From assembly GCA_903876665.1 (NCBI GenBank), contig CAIRAY010000093.1:5685-37684 (forward strand): a stretch of DNA of 32,000 nt. Reading direction: 5' to 3'. The notes beneath the pieces are model-generated. The model was not told the DNA's origin. It did no database searches and was given only the letters and a program-made list of their open reading frames with translations. Made by a program: the position numbers and the translations under genes. This DNA comes from an uncultured Fibrobacterota bacterium (lineage in GTDB: Bacteria > Fibrobacterota > Fibrobacteria > Fibrobacterales > Fibrobacteraceae). Shown here one piece after another: positions 1-8,257 of this stretch. Every line of letters begins with the position of its first letter. Within the stretch, counting starts at the first letter, position 1.

Positions 1-62
1 ACACGCTAGATTCAGGTTCTAGTGAGAGCAATCTCGTGGAGGTTCAAGTCCTCTTTTCCGCA
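1..62 (+). tRNA. tRNA-Leu(CAG), 3' portion only (5' end cut by the window edge)
   Basis: Anticodon stem ctaga(6-10)/tctag(18-22) with loop tt-CAG-gt. Long variable arm gaga(24-27)/tctc(32-35). T arm ggagg-ttcaagt-cctct (38-54). Acceptor 3' strand tttccgc plus discriminator a (55-62); CCA is not encoded. The core closely resembles the remembered E. coli tRNA-Leu(CAG) sequence CGCTAGcTTCAGGTgtTAGT...GGTTCAAGTCC. Confidence 0.85.
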
Positions 63-65
63 TAC

Positions 66-90
66 GAAAGCCCGCAACCAGCGGGCTTTC
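66..90 (+). terminator. Hairpin after the tRNA (candidate intrinsic terminator)
   Basis: Perfect 10-bp stem gaaagcccgc/gcgggctttc with loop aacca, starting 4 nt after the tRNA 3' end. The downstream T-tract is weak (gtcgtattc). Confidence 0.45.
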
Positions 91-116
91 GTCGTATTCA
101 ACCCAAGGACAACAGA

Positions 117-614
117 ATGGGACACAATTTCGCAATGTGGAAAGGGATGACCCTCTTTGCCTTAAGCATCTTTTTGGGCGGTCTGGTGGGCTGTGGCGAC
201 ACGACCAAATCTGCGCATCAGGAGCCTGTGGCAAGCGTCGCCGGAGACTCCCTGGTAATTGCGGATGGTTCAGATACGGTTTGGGTCTGGTGGGCTAAGG
301 GCGACCAGTTGGCCCAGATTGGCGGACAGCAGGCCATCGGTGCGTTCCCCACGGTGGGAATGGATGGCGACTCCCTGGTGCTCTATTTTTTGAACAGCGG
401 GGCGTGGGACCGGATTGGAATCCTTCCCTTGACCAAAAACCGGATGCCTTTTTTGCAGGTAGGGATTTCCCCTTCGGGCGCGTATGATTTTGCTTTGGAG
501 CTCTACCGCTCCGGGGTCATGTCCTTGCGGGTTGCCGGCTCCACCGAGTTTCCCATGCTTCGCCAAGTCCCCATCACCGCCCCGCAAGCCGTGGCCATTG
601 GAGTTTTACCATGA
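117..614 (+). CDS. Putative lipoprotein, family unknown
   Basis: In-frame ATG at 117 within ORF 36..614; the upstream part of that ORF overlaps the tRNA and hairpin and is rejected. The N-terminus MGHNFAMWKGMTLFALSIFLGGLVGC has a signal peptide with an L-V-G-C lipobox. Confidence 0.6.
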   Translation: MGHNFAMWKGMTLFALSIFLGGLVGCGDTTKSAHQEPVASVAGDSLVIADGSDTVWVWWAKGDQLAQIGGQQAIGAFPTVGMDGDSLVLYFLNSGAWDRIGILPLTKNRMPFLQVGISPSGAYDFALELYRSGVMSLRVAGSTEFPMLRQVPITAPQAVAIGVLP

Positions 615-1027
615 GAGTTGAAATTGCCGCAATTTGCGATGCCGCCACGGACCAAGGTGGCAAGTTGAATATTCTGGGAGCTTTTGACCGGATTGGGGGC
701 GAACTGCCCATGGTCATGCCCCAGTGCGCCACGGCCTTTCGCATCCGGTGGGACCGGGAAGACGCGGGGGAGCATTCCTTGTCCCTTTTGTTCGAAGACC
801 TGCGCGGGGCCCCTCTGTTGCCTCCGCTGGAAAGCAAAATCGGCGTCCCCAGCATGCCTCCCGAATTGGATTCCCATGCCATCAACCTGGTGCTTAACTT
901 GCAGAGATTGCGGGTAGAACACGAGGGAAAATACCAGATGATCCTTCGCGTTGACGGAAAAGAAGTTGCTGTGCTTCCCTTGTGGGTGCAGGATCTGACG
1001 CCACACGAACCCAATCCCCTGGCATAA
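611..1027 (+). CDS. Small soluble hypothetical protein (138 aa), possibly DUF6941-like
   Basis: ATGA start/stop overlap with the lipoprotein gene (611-614) suggests translational coupling. A GC hairpin follows the gene. The N-terminal pattern A.ICDAA....GKLNILGAFD resembles, from memory only, small DUF6941-type proteins. Confidence 0.55.
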   Translation: MRVEIAAICDAATDQGGKLNILGAFDRIGGELPMVMPQCATAFRIRWDREDAGEHSLSLLFEDLRGAPLLPPLESKIGVPSMPPELDSHAINLVLNLQRLRVEHEGKYQMILRVDGKEVAVLPLWVQDLTPHEPNPLA

Positions 1028-1043
1028 GTTTGCCATCGAAAAA

Positions 1044-1063
1044 GGCGCCCTTTTCAGGGCGCC
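1044..1063. terminator. GC-rich hairpin between convergent genes (candidate bidirectional terminator)
   Basis: ggcgccc (1044-1050) pairs with gggcgcc (1057-1063) around loop ttttca. It is flanked by A-run and T-containing sequence and lies between the stop at 1027 (+) and the stop at 1090 (-). Confidence 0.5.
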
Positions 1064-1089
1064 CTTGTGATGTATGGAGTTCTTTTGGG

Positions 1090-2730
1090 TTATGCTTTCA
1101 GCACATCGATGGCTTTTCCGTCGAGCGCGGTCGCGCAGGTGGGAAGGCCGGTCAATGCTGAGGTTTCTGGGTTTGCGGCCATGAGGTCCGCGCGCTCGAT
1201 GTCAGCCAGGCGGAACTTGCGTGCGCCGGCCATAAACTGTTGAAGACCGCAGGCGAGCTTGTCTACCCAGGCGGTCATGGCGACCGCGCCCCACGGAATG
1301 TTCTTCATTTCGTCCGCGCCCACGCGTGACTTCACATTTTCCCAGGATGAGAAAATGGCTTCGGGTGTTTCACCGAAGCAGGTTACGCTAGAGGGCAGTG
1401 CATCCCAGTTGCCGTTGACTTCTGCACGCTTTTCGGGTTGCAGGACGCCTTGGATATTGCTTCCCAGGTAGCCGGGGATCATGGGTGCGCGGCCCATGCA
1501 GATCAGCTTGGTGAATGGTGCGCCCAAAGCAAGAGCCTTGAAGACATGGTCTTCGCGGGCAAAGCCGCCACCGAAAGAAATCGCAGGAACGCGCAGGCCA
1601 CGGTCGCTCAGAATTTTGCAGTATTCGTAAGCTTTGGAATGCAAAGTCAGGGACGGGACGCCCCAATGTTCCATCATATTCCATGGGCTCATGCCCGTGC
1701 CACCACCAGCGCCGTCAATGGTCAAAAGATCCAAGGCACCTTCGGAGGCGCAACGGATTGAGAGCGCGAGGGCTTCCATTCCGTAGGCACCGGTTTTGAG
1801 CGAAATGCGCTTGAAGCCAATTTTCCGCAAATACTGGATAGCTTTGAGGAAGTCTTCTTTGACTGCGGCTGCGCTATGGATGTCCGGTGCGCCCAGGCGG
1901 CTGTGACGTGCGAAGGAGCGGATGGCGCCTGCGCGGAACGAGGCTTCCACGAGGGGGTCGGATGGATTGGGATCCACCACATAGCCACGTCCCTGGAGGA
2001 ACTTGGCATAGTCGATATCGGAGACCTGGATTTCGCCACCAATGTCTTTGGCACCCTGGCCCCACTTGAGTTCGAGCACCACATCGTCGCCGTATTTGCC
2101 CAAAATGTATTCGGCCACGCCGTTGCGGGTGTCTTCCACGTTCATTTGTACAATGATCGCGCCATAGCCATCGTAGTAGCGCTTGAAAATTTCGATGCGA
2201 CGGTCAAGCTCTGGTGCGCTAGTCACTTTGCCATTGGCAAAGGTGGCTTTTTTATCGATGCCCACCACGTTTTCCCCGATCACGATCGGAATGCCTGCAA
2301 GCGCAGCGCCCGCGGCAAAGGAAGACCAATACTTGGCGGCGATCATGGTCGAGCCCAGTGCGCCCGTCATGATGGGAACGCGGCATTTGGTGGTGATGGC
2401 ACCGCCAAATTGGACTTCGGTGCTCACATTGGGGAAAATGCATCCATCGGCATCAGCGGTGATGCCGGCGGGAACCCCGGTGGAACCAAAGGCGTAGCCC
2501 TGAATGCGCAAGGAATGATAGCCTGCGCCGACGGAGAAGGTGTTTGCCGATCCCGATGTGATCATGCCGAAATCCCGTGGGTAGAGCAATTTGCGGCCGA
2601 CCAGGGAGGACATCCAGGTTTCGCATTTGCCTTTGCAGTCCGCACGGCAAAGCGTGCAAAGCCCGGACTCGCAGGGGTTTCCACGGTTGACTGTTCCCAG
2701 TGCGTCATTTTGTTTCGGCCATTCGAACAT
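1090..2730 (-). CDS. Glutamate synthase-related FMN-binding protein (GltB domain-2-like) with an N-terminal Cys cluster
   Basis: The start is moved to the ATG at 2730, which is preceded by AAGGAG (caaggagtctgcATG). The product begins MFEWPKQ. It carries the Cys motif CESGLCTLCRADCKGKC, the FMN/GOGAT-type motif DGAGGGTGMSP, and GENVVG and ISFGGGF blocks typical of the glutamate synthase large-subunit central domain family. Confidence 0.85.
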   Translation of the reverse strand: MFEWPKQNDALGTVNRGNPCESGLCTLCRADCKGKCETWMSSLVGRKLLYPRDFGMITSGSANTFSVGAGYHSLRIQGYAFGSTGVPAGITADADGCIFPNVSTEVQFGGAITTKCRVPIMTGALGSTMIAAKYWSSFAAGAALAGIPIVIGENVVGIDKKATFANGKVTSAPELDRRIEIFKRYYDGYGAIIVQMNVEDTRNGVAEYILGKYGDDVVLELKWGQGAKDIGGEIQVSDIDYAKFLQGRGYVVDPNPSDPLVEASFRAGAIRSFARHSRLGAPDIHSAAAVKEDFLKAIQYLRKIGFKRISLKTGAYGMEALALSIRCASEGALDLLTIDGAGGGTGMSPWNMMEHWGVPSLTLHSKAYEYCKILSDRGLRVPAISFGGGFAREDHVFKALALGAPFTKLICMGRAPMIPGYLGSNIQGVLQPEKRAEVNGNWDALPSSVTCFGETPEAIFSSWENVKSRVGADEMKNIPWGAVAMTAWVDKLACGLQQFMAGARKFRLADIERADLMAANPETSALTGLPTCATALDGKAIDVLKA

Positions 2731-2877
2731 GCAGACTCCTTGTGTTTTTGTTTTTAATGGCAATGGATTGCCGTTAGAGTTGAGAATGTACAACGAATAT
2801 TCTCCCTTTCAAAATCGGGAATAACGTGTTTTAAAGGAATAGGGAACAAGGATTGCCGATAATTTTCCCTCTCCAAA

Positions 2878-2949
2878 GGAAAAACTACCATTACTTGGAA
2901 ATATTGCCGTTCTTGGCTTGTGAATGGGTATATTATCGGAAAAACTACC
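2878..2949. promoter_or_regulatory. Repeated motifs in the divergent gltB-like/nrpR-like control region
   Basis: The exact 12-nt direct repeat ggaaaaactacc occurs at 2878-2889 and 2938-2949, exactly 60 nt apart. The motif attgccg(t/a)t occurs at 2767-2775, 2852-2860 and 2903-2911. Function is unproven. Confidence 0.3.
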
Positions 2950-2957
2950 GAGAAATT

Positions 2958-3962
2958 ATGTCGATCGACGAACGAAAAAAAAAGAACCGCCTGGGTATTC
3001 TCGAGGTTTTGCACGAGGCGATCCTCCCTTTGCACAGCCATCAGATTGCGGCAACCCTGCAGTCCATGGGATTGGATCTGAGTGAGCGGACGGTCCGGTT
3101 GTACCTGGAAGACATGGAGGTGGATGGATTAAGCGCCTCCCAAGGCAGGCGGGGCCATCAAATTACTCCTGCAGGCCGGGACGAGCTGGGAGGCGAGAGG
3201 ATCATGGATCGCATCGGCTACATGTCCTCGCATGTGGAGCGCATGATGTATTTGATGGATTTTGATTTGGCTACCCGCAATGGAACGGTGGTAGTGAATT
3301 TAAGTCTAATTCCCCATGACTTGATGTGCTTGCATTTAGATACGATGTGTCAAGTATTTGCCAAGGGCTATGCCATGGGGACTTTGGTGGGACTGTTGCG
3401 CGAAGGGGAATCCCTGGGTTCGGTGGTCGTTCCCAAGGGGCATATTGGCCTTTGTACGGTCTGTTCCATTACTCTCAGCGGAATCCTGCTCAAGCATGGG
3501 GTTCCCGTTCGTTCCTTGTTCTGTGGCCTTTTAGATGTGGAAAATGGAAAGTCCAAGCGGGTCAAGGAATTGATTGCCTACGATGCCACCAGTGTCGACC
3601 CGTTGAAGCTCTTCATCAACAGCGGCATGACCAATTACCTAGGTGCGATCCGTGATGGAAATGGCCGGATCGGAATTGGATTTCGCGAAGTGCCTTCCGA
3701 AAGCCATAGCTTAGTGGAGAGCGTTGCACACAAAGTTCGCAAAGTGGGATTGGGTGCATTCCTTGAGATCGGCATGCCCAATACGCCCCTGCTCAATATG
3801 CCGGTACACGAGGGCTGTTGCGGAATCCTGGTGATCGGTGGCCTCAATCCGATTGCGGTCTTCGTGGAATCCGGGCTTCGCATCGAATCCAATGCGCTTT
3901 GCGGACTCATGGAATACCATAAGCTTTTCCCCTTTACCGAGCTCGCGGAACGCCTGGGATAA
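2958..3962 (+). CDS. nrpR: NrpR-like transcriptional regulator (winged HTH plus one DUF128/NrpR regulatory domain)
   Basis: The start is taken at ATG 2958 (MSIDERKKKNRLGILEVL...). The N-terminus LGILEVLHEA..PL.S.QIA..L...G.DLSERTVRLYL.DME.DGL matches the remembered wHTH of archaeal NrpR, and the remainder resembles the DUF128 domain. The upstream 35 codons of the tracked ORF lie in AT-rich promoter-like sequence. Confidence 0.7.
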   Translation: MSIDERKKKNRLGILEVLHEAILPLHSHQIAATLQSMGLDLSERTVRLYLEDMEVDGLSASQGRRGHQITPAGRDELGGERIMDRIGYMSSHVERMMYLMDFDLATRNGTVVVNLSLIPHDLMCLHLDTMCQVFAKGYAMGTLVGLLREGESLGSVVVPKGHIGLCTVCSITLSGILLKHGVPVRSLFCGLLDVENGKSKRVKELIAYDATSVDPLKLFINSGMTNYLGAIRDGNGRIGIGFREVPSESHSLVESVAHKVRKVGLGAFLEIGMPNTPLLNMPVHEGCCGILVIGGLNPIAVFVESGLRIESNALCGLMEYHKLFPFTELAERLG

Positions 3963-4038
3963 GCACACTGCGGTCCAAAAACTATTATCGAAACTCGCTA
4001 GACCATTGGTATTGTTGGTTTGCAGGCACGGTGCGGTG

Positions 4039-4056
4039 ATCCCCCCGGCGGGGGAT
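4039..4056 (+). promoter_or_regulatory. Perfect hairpin covering the first candidate malQ ATG
   Basis: atccccc (4039-4045) pairs with gggggat (4050-4056) around loop cggc. The ATG at 4055 sits inside the 3' arm. Alternative ATGs are at 4073 and 4079. Confidence 0.25.
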
Positions 4057-6136
4057 GACAAGATGGCGGGGGATGAAAATGCCTTTTGCTAATAATGATG
4101 AACAGAGCGCCTCGAGCCACTATTTTTGGCGATTTCTTGGAAATATCGCGATTGAAGTGTATTTTCGATCCATGCGATACGGAACCATCTCGACTTTTCA
4201 GACAGGCATTGCGGTGCCAGTATTCTCCCTCCGCTCCAGGCATAGCATTGGCATCGGCGATTTTTTGGACCTGATCCCATTTGGCGAATTTTCGCACCAG
4301 GCAGGATTTGATCTGATTCAGCTTTTGCCCATTAATGACACGGGCGAAGAATCCTCTCCCTACAGCGCGCGCAGCGCCTTTGCCCTGAACCCCGCCTACA
4401 TCCGGGTCCAGGAAGTATATGGGGCCGATGGCTTCATGGGCGAAATCCAGAAGGCCAAGCTTCAATTCGATTCGGCCCCCCAGGTGGCTTTTTTCGAGGT
4501 GGTTCGCTTCAAGCGAAAAATTTTGCGCAAGATATTTGATGTCCAAAAGCCAAATTTGCAGAAGGACGCCGAGCTGTTGGCCTGGATCGAAGAAAATTCC
4601 TGGGTCAAGCCCTATGCCGTGTATTGTCTGTTGAAGAACAAGAATGGCGAATCGGGCTGGCGTAGCTGGAAGGATCATTCCGACCCCAAACCGAGCACGA
4701 TCAAATCCCTCTGGTCCAAAAACGGGGACGACGTCCTCTTTGAAGCTTGGATGCAATACATTTGTGAGCAACAATTGTGCACGGCCATTGTGGCTCTGGA
4801 CGCCAAGGGGATCAAGCTCAAGGGCGACGTTCCCATCCTCATCAATGAAGACAGTGCCGATGTATGGGCGGACCGGAAGTTCTTCAATATTGAAAGCCGT
4901 GCTGGCGCTCCTCCCGACATGTTCAGCTATTCCGGTCAAAATTGGGGATTTCCCACCTATCATTGGGATGCACTTGAAAAGGACGACTTTGGCTGGTGGC
5001 GCAGGCGTCTAAGCCAGGCCGCAAAATTCTACCATGCCTATCGCATCGATCACGTGCTGGGTTTTTTCCGCATCTGGACGGTGCCCAGCAACGAAGTTAC
5101 GGGAATCATGGGGCACTTCAACCCGGCGCACCCCATTTCGCGAAAGCGACTTGCCCTCGCGGGCATCCAGGAAGGCACCCTTCAATACCTCATGCATCCC
5201 AATTTCGGTCGCGACTATTTGAGCGGGCTTTTCACCACCGACACGGACCGTATTGCCTCGACCTACTTTGAATCCATTGGTGGCGGGCGCTTCCGCCTGC
5301 GCGACAAATTTTGTTGCGAACAAACGATTGTCAATCTTCCCGAGTCGCAAAGCATCAAGGATGCCATGCTCAAGGTGTATTGGAACCGAGTGTTCCTGCC
5401 GAGTGCGGACGGGCAGAATTACTGGCCCTTCTGGTATTGGTACAGCGCGCCGGTGTTCTTTACCCTTCCCGAAAATGAGCAACAGGCCATACGCGGAATC
5501 ATGGAAGAAAACGAACAATCCCAAGAACAGCTCTGGCGCGACAATGGCCTCAAGCTACTGAAAATCATGGCGGAAGAAACCGACATGCTGGTGTGTGCCG
5601 AAGACTTGGGAGTGGTCCCGGAATGCGTGCCTTCCGTTTTGCGGGAGCTGGGGATTTTAAGCCTGCGCATCGAGCGCTGGACCCGCAATTGGAAGGCCGA
5701 AGGGCAACCATACATTGCGGTCAATGATTATCCTCGACTCTCTGTCGCGACCACCAGTTGTCATGATTCCTCCACTCTGGCAGGACTTTGGAACGAAGCC
5801 GATTTTGACCGGGAACTTTTCTGGAAATATTTGTGCGCACCGGGAAATGCACCCGCCAAACTCACTCCTGCTGCGGCCACCACCGTGCTCTCCCACCAGT
5901 TCTTGGGCAATTCCCTTCTGGTCATTCCCCCTCTGCAGGACTTCCTCTCCCTGTCGGCCAAATTTGCAGACCGTGATCCCGAGCGGGACCGCATCAATAT
6001 CCCTGGAACGGTTGGGCCTCACAATTGGACCTGGCGCATGCCCGCCCTTGCCGAAGACCTCAGCGAAGACAAGGGATTGCTCGATTCCATCCGGGCCTTG
6101 ATCGCCAAGCGTCGCAAGCACGAAATGTGGGATTAA
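4055..6136 (+). CDS. malQ: 4-alpha-glucanotransferase (amylomaltase, GH77)
   Basis: GH77 hallmarks are present: GIAVPVFSLRS..GIGDF.DL, LLPINDTG...SPYSA.SAFALNP, YRIDHVLGFFRIW, CAEDLGVVPE and TTSCHDSSTL. The start is uncertain among 4055, 4073, 4079 and 4172. Confidence 0.85.
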   Translation: MTRWRGMKMPFANNDEQSASSHYFWRFLGNIAIEVYFRSMRYGTISTFQTGIAVPVFSLRSRHSIGIGDFLDLIPFGEFSHQAGFDLIQLLPINDTGEESSPYSARSAFALNPAYIRVQEVYGADGFMGEIQKAKLQFDSAPQVAFFEVVRFKRKILRKIFDVQKPNLQKDAELLAWIEENSWVKPYAVYCLLKNKNGESGWRSWKDHSDPKPSTIKSLWSKNGDDVLFEAWMQYICEQQLCTAIVALDAKGIKLKGDVPILINEDSADVWADRKFFNIESRAGAPPDMFSYSGQNWGFPTYHWDALEKDDFGWWRRRLSQAAKFYHAYRIDHVLGFFRIWTVPSNEVTGIMGHFNPAHPISRKRLALAGIQEGTLQYLMHPNFGRDYLSGLFTTDTDRIASTYFESIGGGRFRLRDKFCCEQTIVNLPESQSIKDAMLKVYWNRVFLPSADGQNYWPFWYWYSAPVFFTLPENEQQAIRGIMEENEQSQEQLWRDNGLKLLKIMAEETDMLVCAEDLGVVPECVPSVLRELGILSLRIERWTRNWKAEGQPYIAVNDYPRLSVATTSCHDSSTLAGLWNEADFDRELFWKYLCAPGNAPAKLTPAAATTVLSHQFLGNSLLVIPPLQDFLSLSAKFADRDPERDRINIPGTVGPHNWTWRMPALAEDLSEDKGLLDSIRALIAKRRKHEMWD

Positions 6137-6149
6137 CAGGCCAGCGTTT

Positions 6150-6171
6150 CTGACTACTGGATCGTAGTCAG
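6150..6171. terminator. Hairpin between convergent malQ and the membrane-protein gene
   Basis: Perfect 8-bp stem ctgactac (6150-6157)/gtagtcag (6164-6171) with loop tggatc. It overlaps the minus-strand stop codon at 6154-6156. Confidence 0.4.
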
Positions 6172-7413
6172 AAGTTTGGCTGCGCGACGGCCAATCAGGT
6201 CGTCAGCGCCGGATTTCACCACGCGCTCCAACCATGGTCTGGCTACCCCAGGATTGTTGCTTGTTTGTATCCTCAATTCGGTGGCCTGCACAACGGCTGG
6301 TCGCGCAAGTGACGACGGAGTTCCGGGGGTCTGGGCGCATTTTTCCAGGCAGGCGATTGCGGATTTGAAAAATCCGAGTTCGCTCATCCGCACTCCCCAC
6401 TGGTACCAGAGTTCCGGGCCTACAGGCAAACAATAGTTGTTGTTCAGCAGCTTCTCCAGGACGCCTTCCACCATTTGTGGATCGGGCTTTGAGTATGCGA
6501 GCAACCCTTGCATTCCCCGTTCAATTTGCCCGAGCGCGGCATCGAGCTCCAGCAATTCGGCCAAGCGCCAGCCTTCCTGCAAATACTTACGCGTTTGTTG
6601 TAAGGGGTCCATGGTGCGAAGGGGAATTGTGGCTTTTACGGGGGCGAGGAGGGGGATTTTGGGAGCGAGTGCCCAGCCGAGCCCCAAAGCACCTAGGTCC
6701 AGAACAAAAACCCAGCCATAGTTGAGGGGGTTGACGAAGACTTGCACCACAAAATCCAGCACAATCCAGATTCCCGCGAAAATGAGGGGGTGCACTTGAA
6801 TTTGCCGAGGCTTTAACCACCAGCCTTGGAAGGGAATGGGATCCCGGTGAATGTGGGCGAGGATTCCCACCGCCACCGCAGAAGCCAAGCCCACGCCACA
6901 ATAGGGGATTTCCGCATGGACATCCCATAGAACAGTTACCCACAGATAATACAGGAAGGACCCCATCACCGAAAGGGCGATGACTCCTGCAAAGGGTTTT
7001 TGCCGGGACCATGACTTCTCTAGCCATAAGCCCGCATAGAGCAAGACCCAAAGCGAAAGCAAAAGCGAAATCCATCCTGGTGAAAGCAGCCAATTGGCAA
7101 AAAAGGCCAAGGGCCCTGCCCACATGGGCACCAGCCACACATTGTAGAAGAAGCTTTTGCCCACATACTCCTTCAAGTGGGCCTGGCGCCGGATTTCTTC
7201 TTCAGCCTTGTTGGGATCAACGCCTTGTTTGCTTAGAATCATGGATCGGCCGGTATTCCAGAGGACTTTGAATTTCTGGATTTCGGCCTGATAGTTTTTT
7301 TGCGCATAAATTGCGGGAACGAATGTGGCAAGCTGCACCAACACCAGAATCGACAAAAGAACGACCATGGGGCTTGCCAGCCACTTGATGGGACCTTGGG
7401 GTAGGGGAATCAA
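6154..7413 (-). CDS. Polytopic membrane protein, rhomboid-like core with a helical-repeat C-terminal domain
   Basis: There are about 7 hydrophobic segments. GWISLLLSLWVLLYAGLWLEKSWSRQK resembles the rhomboid TM2-loop block, and the C-terminal ~150 aa is helical and TPR-like. The tracked start is a TTG at 7413 overlapping the rsmA stop; an alternative ATG is at 7368. Confidence 0.6.
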   Translation of the reverse strand: MIPLPQGPIKWLASPMVVLLSILVLVQLATFVPAIYAQKNYQAEIQKFKVLWNTGRSMILSKQGVDPNKAEEEIRRQAHLKEYVGKSFFYNVWLVPMWAGPLAFFANWLLSPGWISLLLSLWVLLYAGLWLEKSWSRQKPFAGVIALSVMGSFLYYLWVTVLWDVHAEIPYCGVGLASAVAVGILAHIHRDPIPFQGWWLKPRQIQVHPLIFAGIWIVLDFVVQVFVNPLNYGWVFVLDLGALGLGWALAPKIPLLAPVKATIPLRTMDPLQQTRKYLQEGWRLAELLELDAALGQIERGMQGLLAYSKPDPQMVEGVLEKLLNNNYCLPVGPELWYQWGVRMSELGFFKSAIACLEKCAQTPGTPSSLARPAVVQATELRIQTSNNPGVARPWLERVVKSGADDLIGRRAAKLLTTIQ

Positions 7414-8222
7414 GGTTCCTCCGAGATGTTGTGCAAATGGTCAAACAGCATTAAAAAATCTTCGGGAGAAAATTCCTCGGCGCGGGAGTGCTCGGAGCGA
7501 CCAAGGTCTGCGACGGCTGTTGCCACCTGGGCTTTGCTCCAGCGGCCTTCCAAAGAATTGGAGAGTCGCTTGCGCTTGTGCTTGAAACAGGATTGCACGA
7601 ATTCAAAAAACCCCGGAGGGACGGCCAGGGGAGGAGTCCGGGGCGTCAACAGCACCGTGGCGGAATCCACATTGGGCTTGGGGGTGAAATGCTCGGGGCC
7701 GACTTTGCGCAGCAGGGTTGCGTTGCAATTCGACGAGACCAGCACGGAGAGGGATCCGTAGTCGCTCGATCCTGGTTTTGCGCAAAGCCTAAGCGCCACC
7801 TCGTACTGGACCATGGCCATGATTCCTTCGAGCCTGGGCATGGATTCCACCAGGCGCACCAGAATGGCGGTGGCGACATTGTAGGGAAGGTTCCCCGCGA
7901 CCCATAGGCCAGGGTGGCGGTCCAAAAATGAATCCAGGTCGAAATGCATAAAATCCTGGTTGATTACCGTGATGCCGTTTTTGGCAAACTGGGATTCCAC
8001 CTTTTGGGCGCATTCGGGATCGATTTCCACTGCGGTAATGCTTGCCGAGCGACCAACCAAGTGGCGAGTCAGGGCTCCGTGCCCGGGCCCAATCTCCAGC
8101 AGGTGCTGTGCCTTTTGAACGGGCAGGTCCGAGGCAATGGCGTAGGCCATCGCATCATCCAGAAAATTTTGCCCAAACCGTCGGCGTCTATTTCGATCCA
8201 TTTGGAAAATGTAGCTTCCCAT
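7410..8222 (-). CDS. rsmA: 16S rRNA (adenine1518/1519-N6)-dimethyltransferase
   Basis: RRRFGQNFLDD, the SAM motif LEIGPGHGALT, NLPYN, and the length all fit KsgA/RsmA. An alternative ATG is at 8201. Confidence 0.9.
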   Translation of the reverse strand: MGSYIFQMDRNRRRRFGQNFLDDAMAYAIASDLPVQKAQHLLEIGPGHGALTRHLVGRSASITAVEIDPECAQKVESQFAKNGITVINQDFMHFDLDSFLDRHPGLWVAGNLPYNVATAILVRLVESMPRLEGIMAMVQYEVALRLCAKPGSSDYGSLSVLVSSNCNATLLRKVGPEHFTPKPNVDSATVLLTPRTPPLAVPPGFFEFVQSCFKHKRKRLSNSLEGRWSKAQVATAVADLGRSEHSRAEEFSPEDFLMLFDHLHNISEEP

Positions 8223-8257
8223 GGCCGGATTCCGAAATTACCCAGGGCAAACGCATA

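Noticed and set aside
36-116. N-terminal extensions in the ORF track: 36..116; 2731..2793 (-); 2853..2957; 8746..8763 (TTG); 26063..26110; 23829..23852 (TTG).
   Set aside because: The extensions overlap a tRNA or terminator, promoter-like AT-rich DNA, or the upstream gene. Downstream in-frame ATGs give canonical N-termini (lipobox signal peptide, RBS-preceded start, wHTH start, signal peptide).
2855-2862. A perfect sigma-28 -10 box GCCGATAA on the + strand upstream of the nrpR-like gene.
   Set aside because: The nearest TAAA (2832-2835) is 19 nt upstream instead of 15, so the -35/-10 geometry fails. The octamer is part of the recurring ATTGCCG motif instead.
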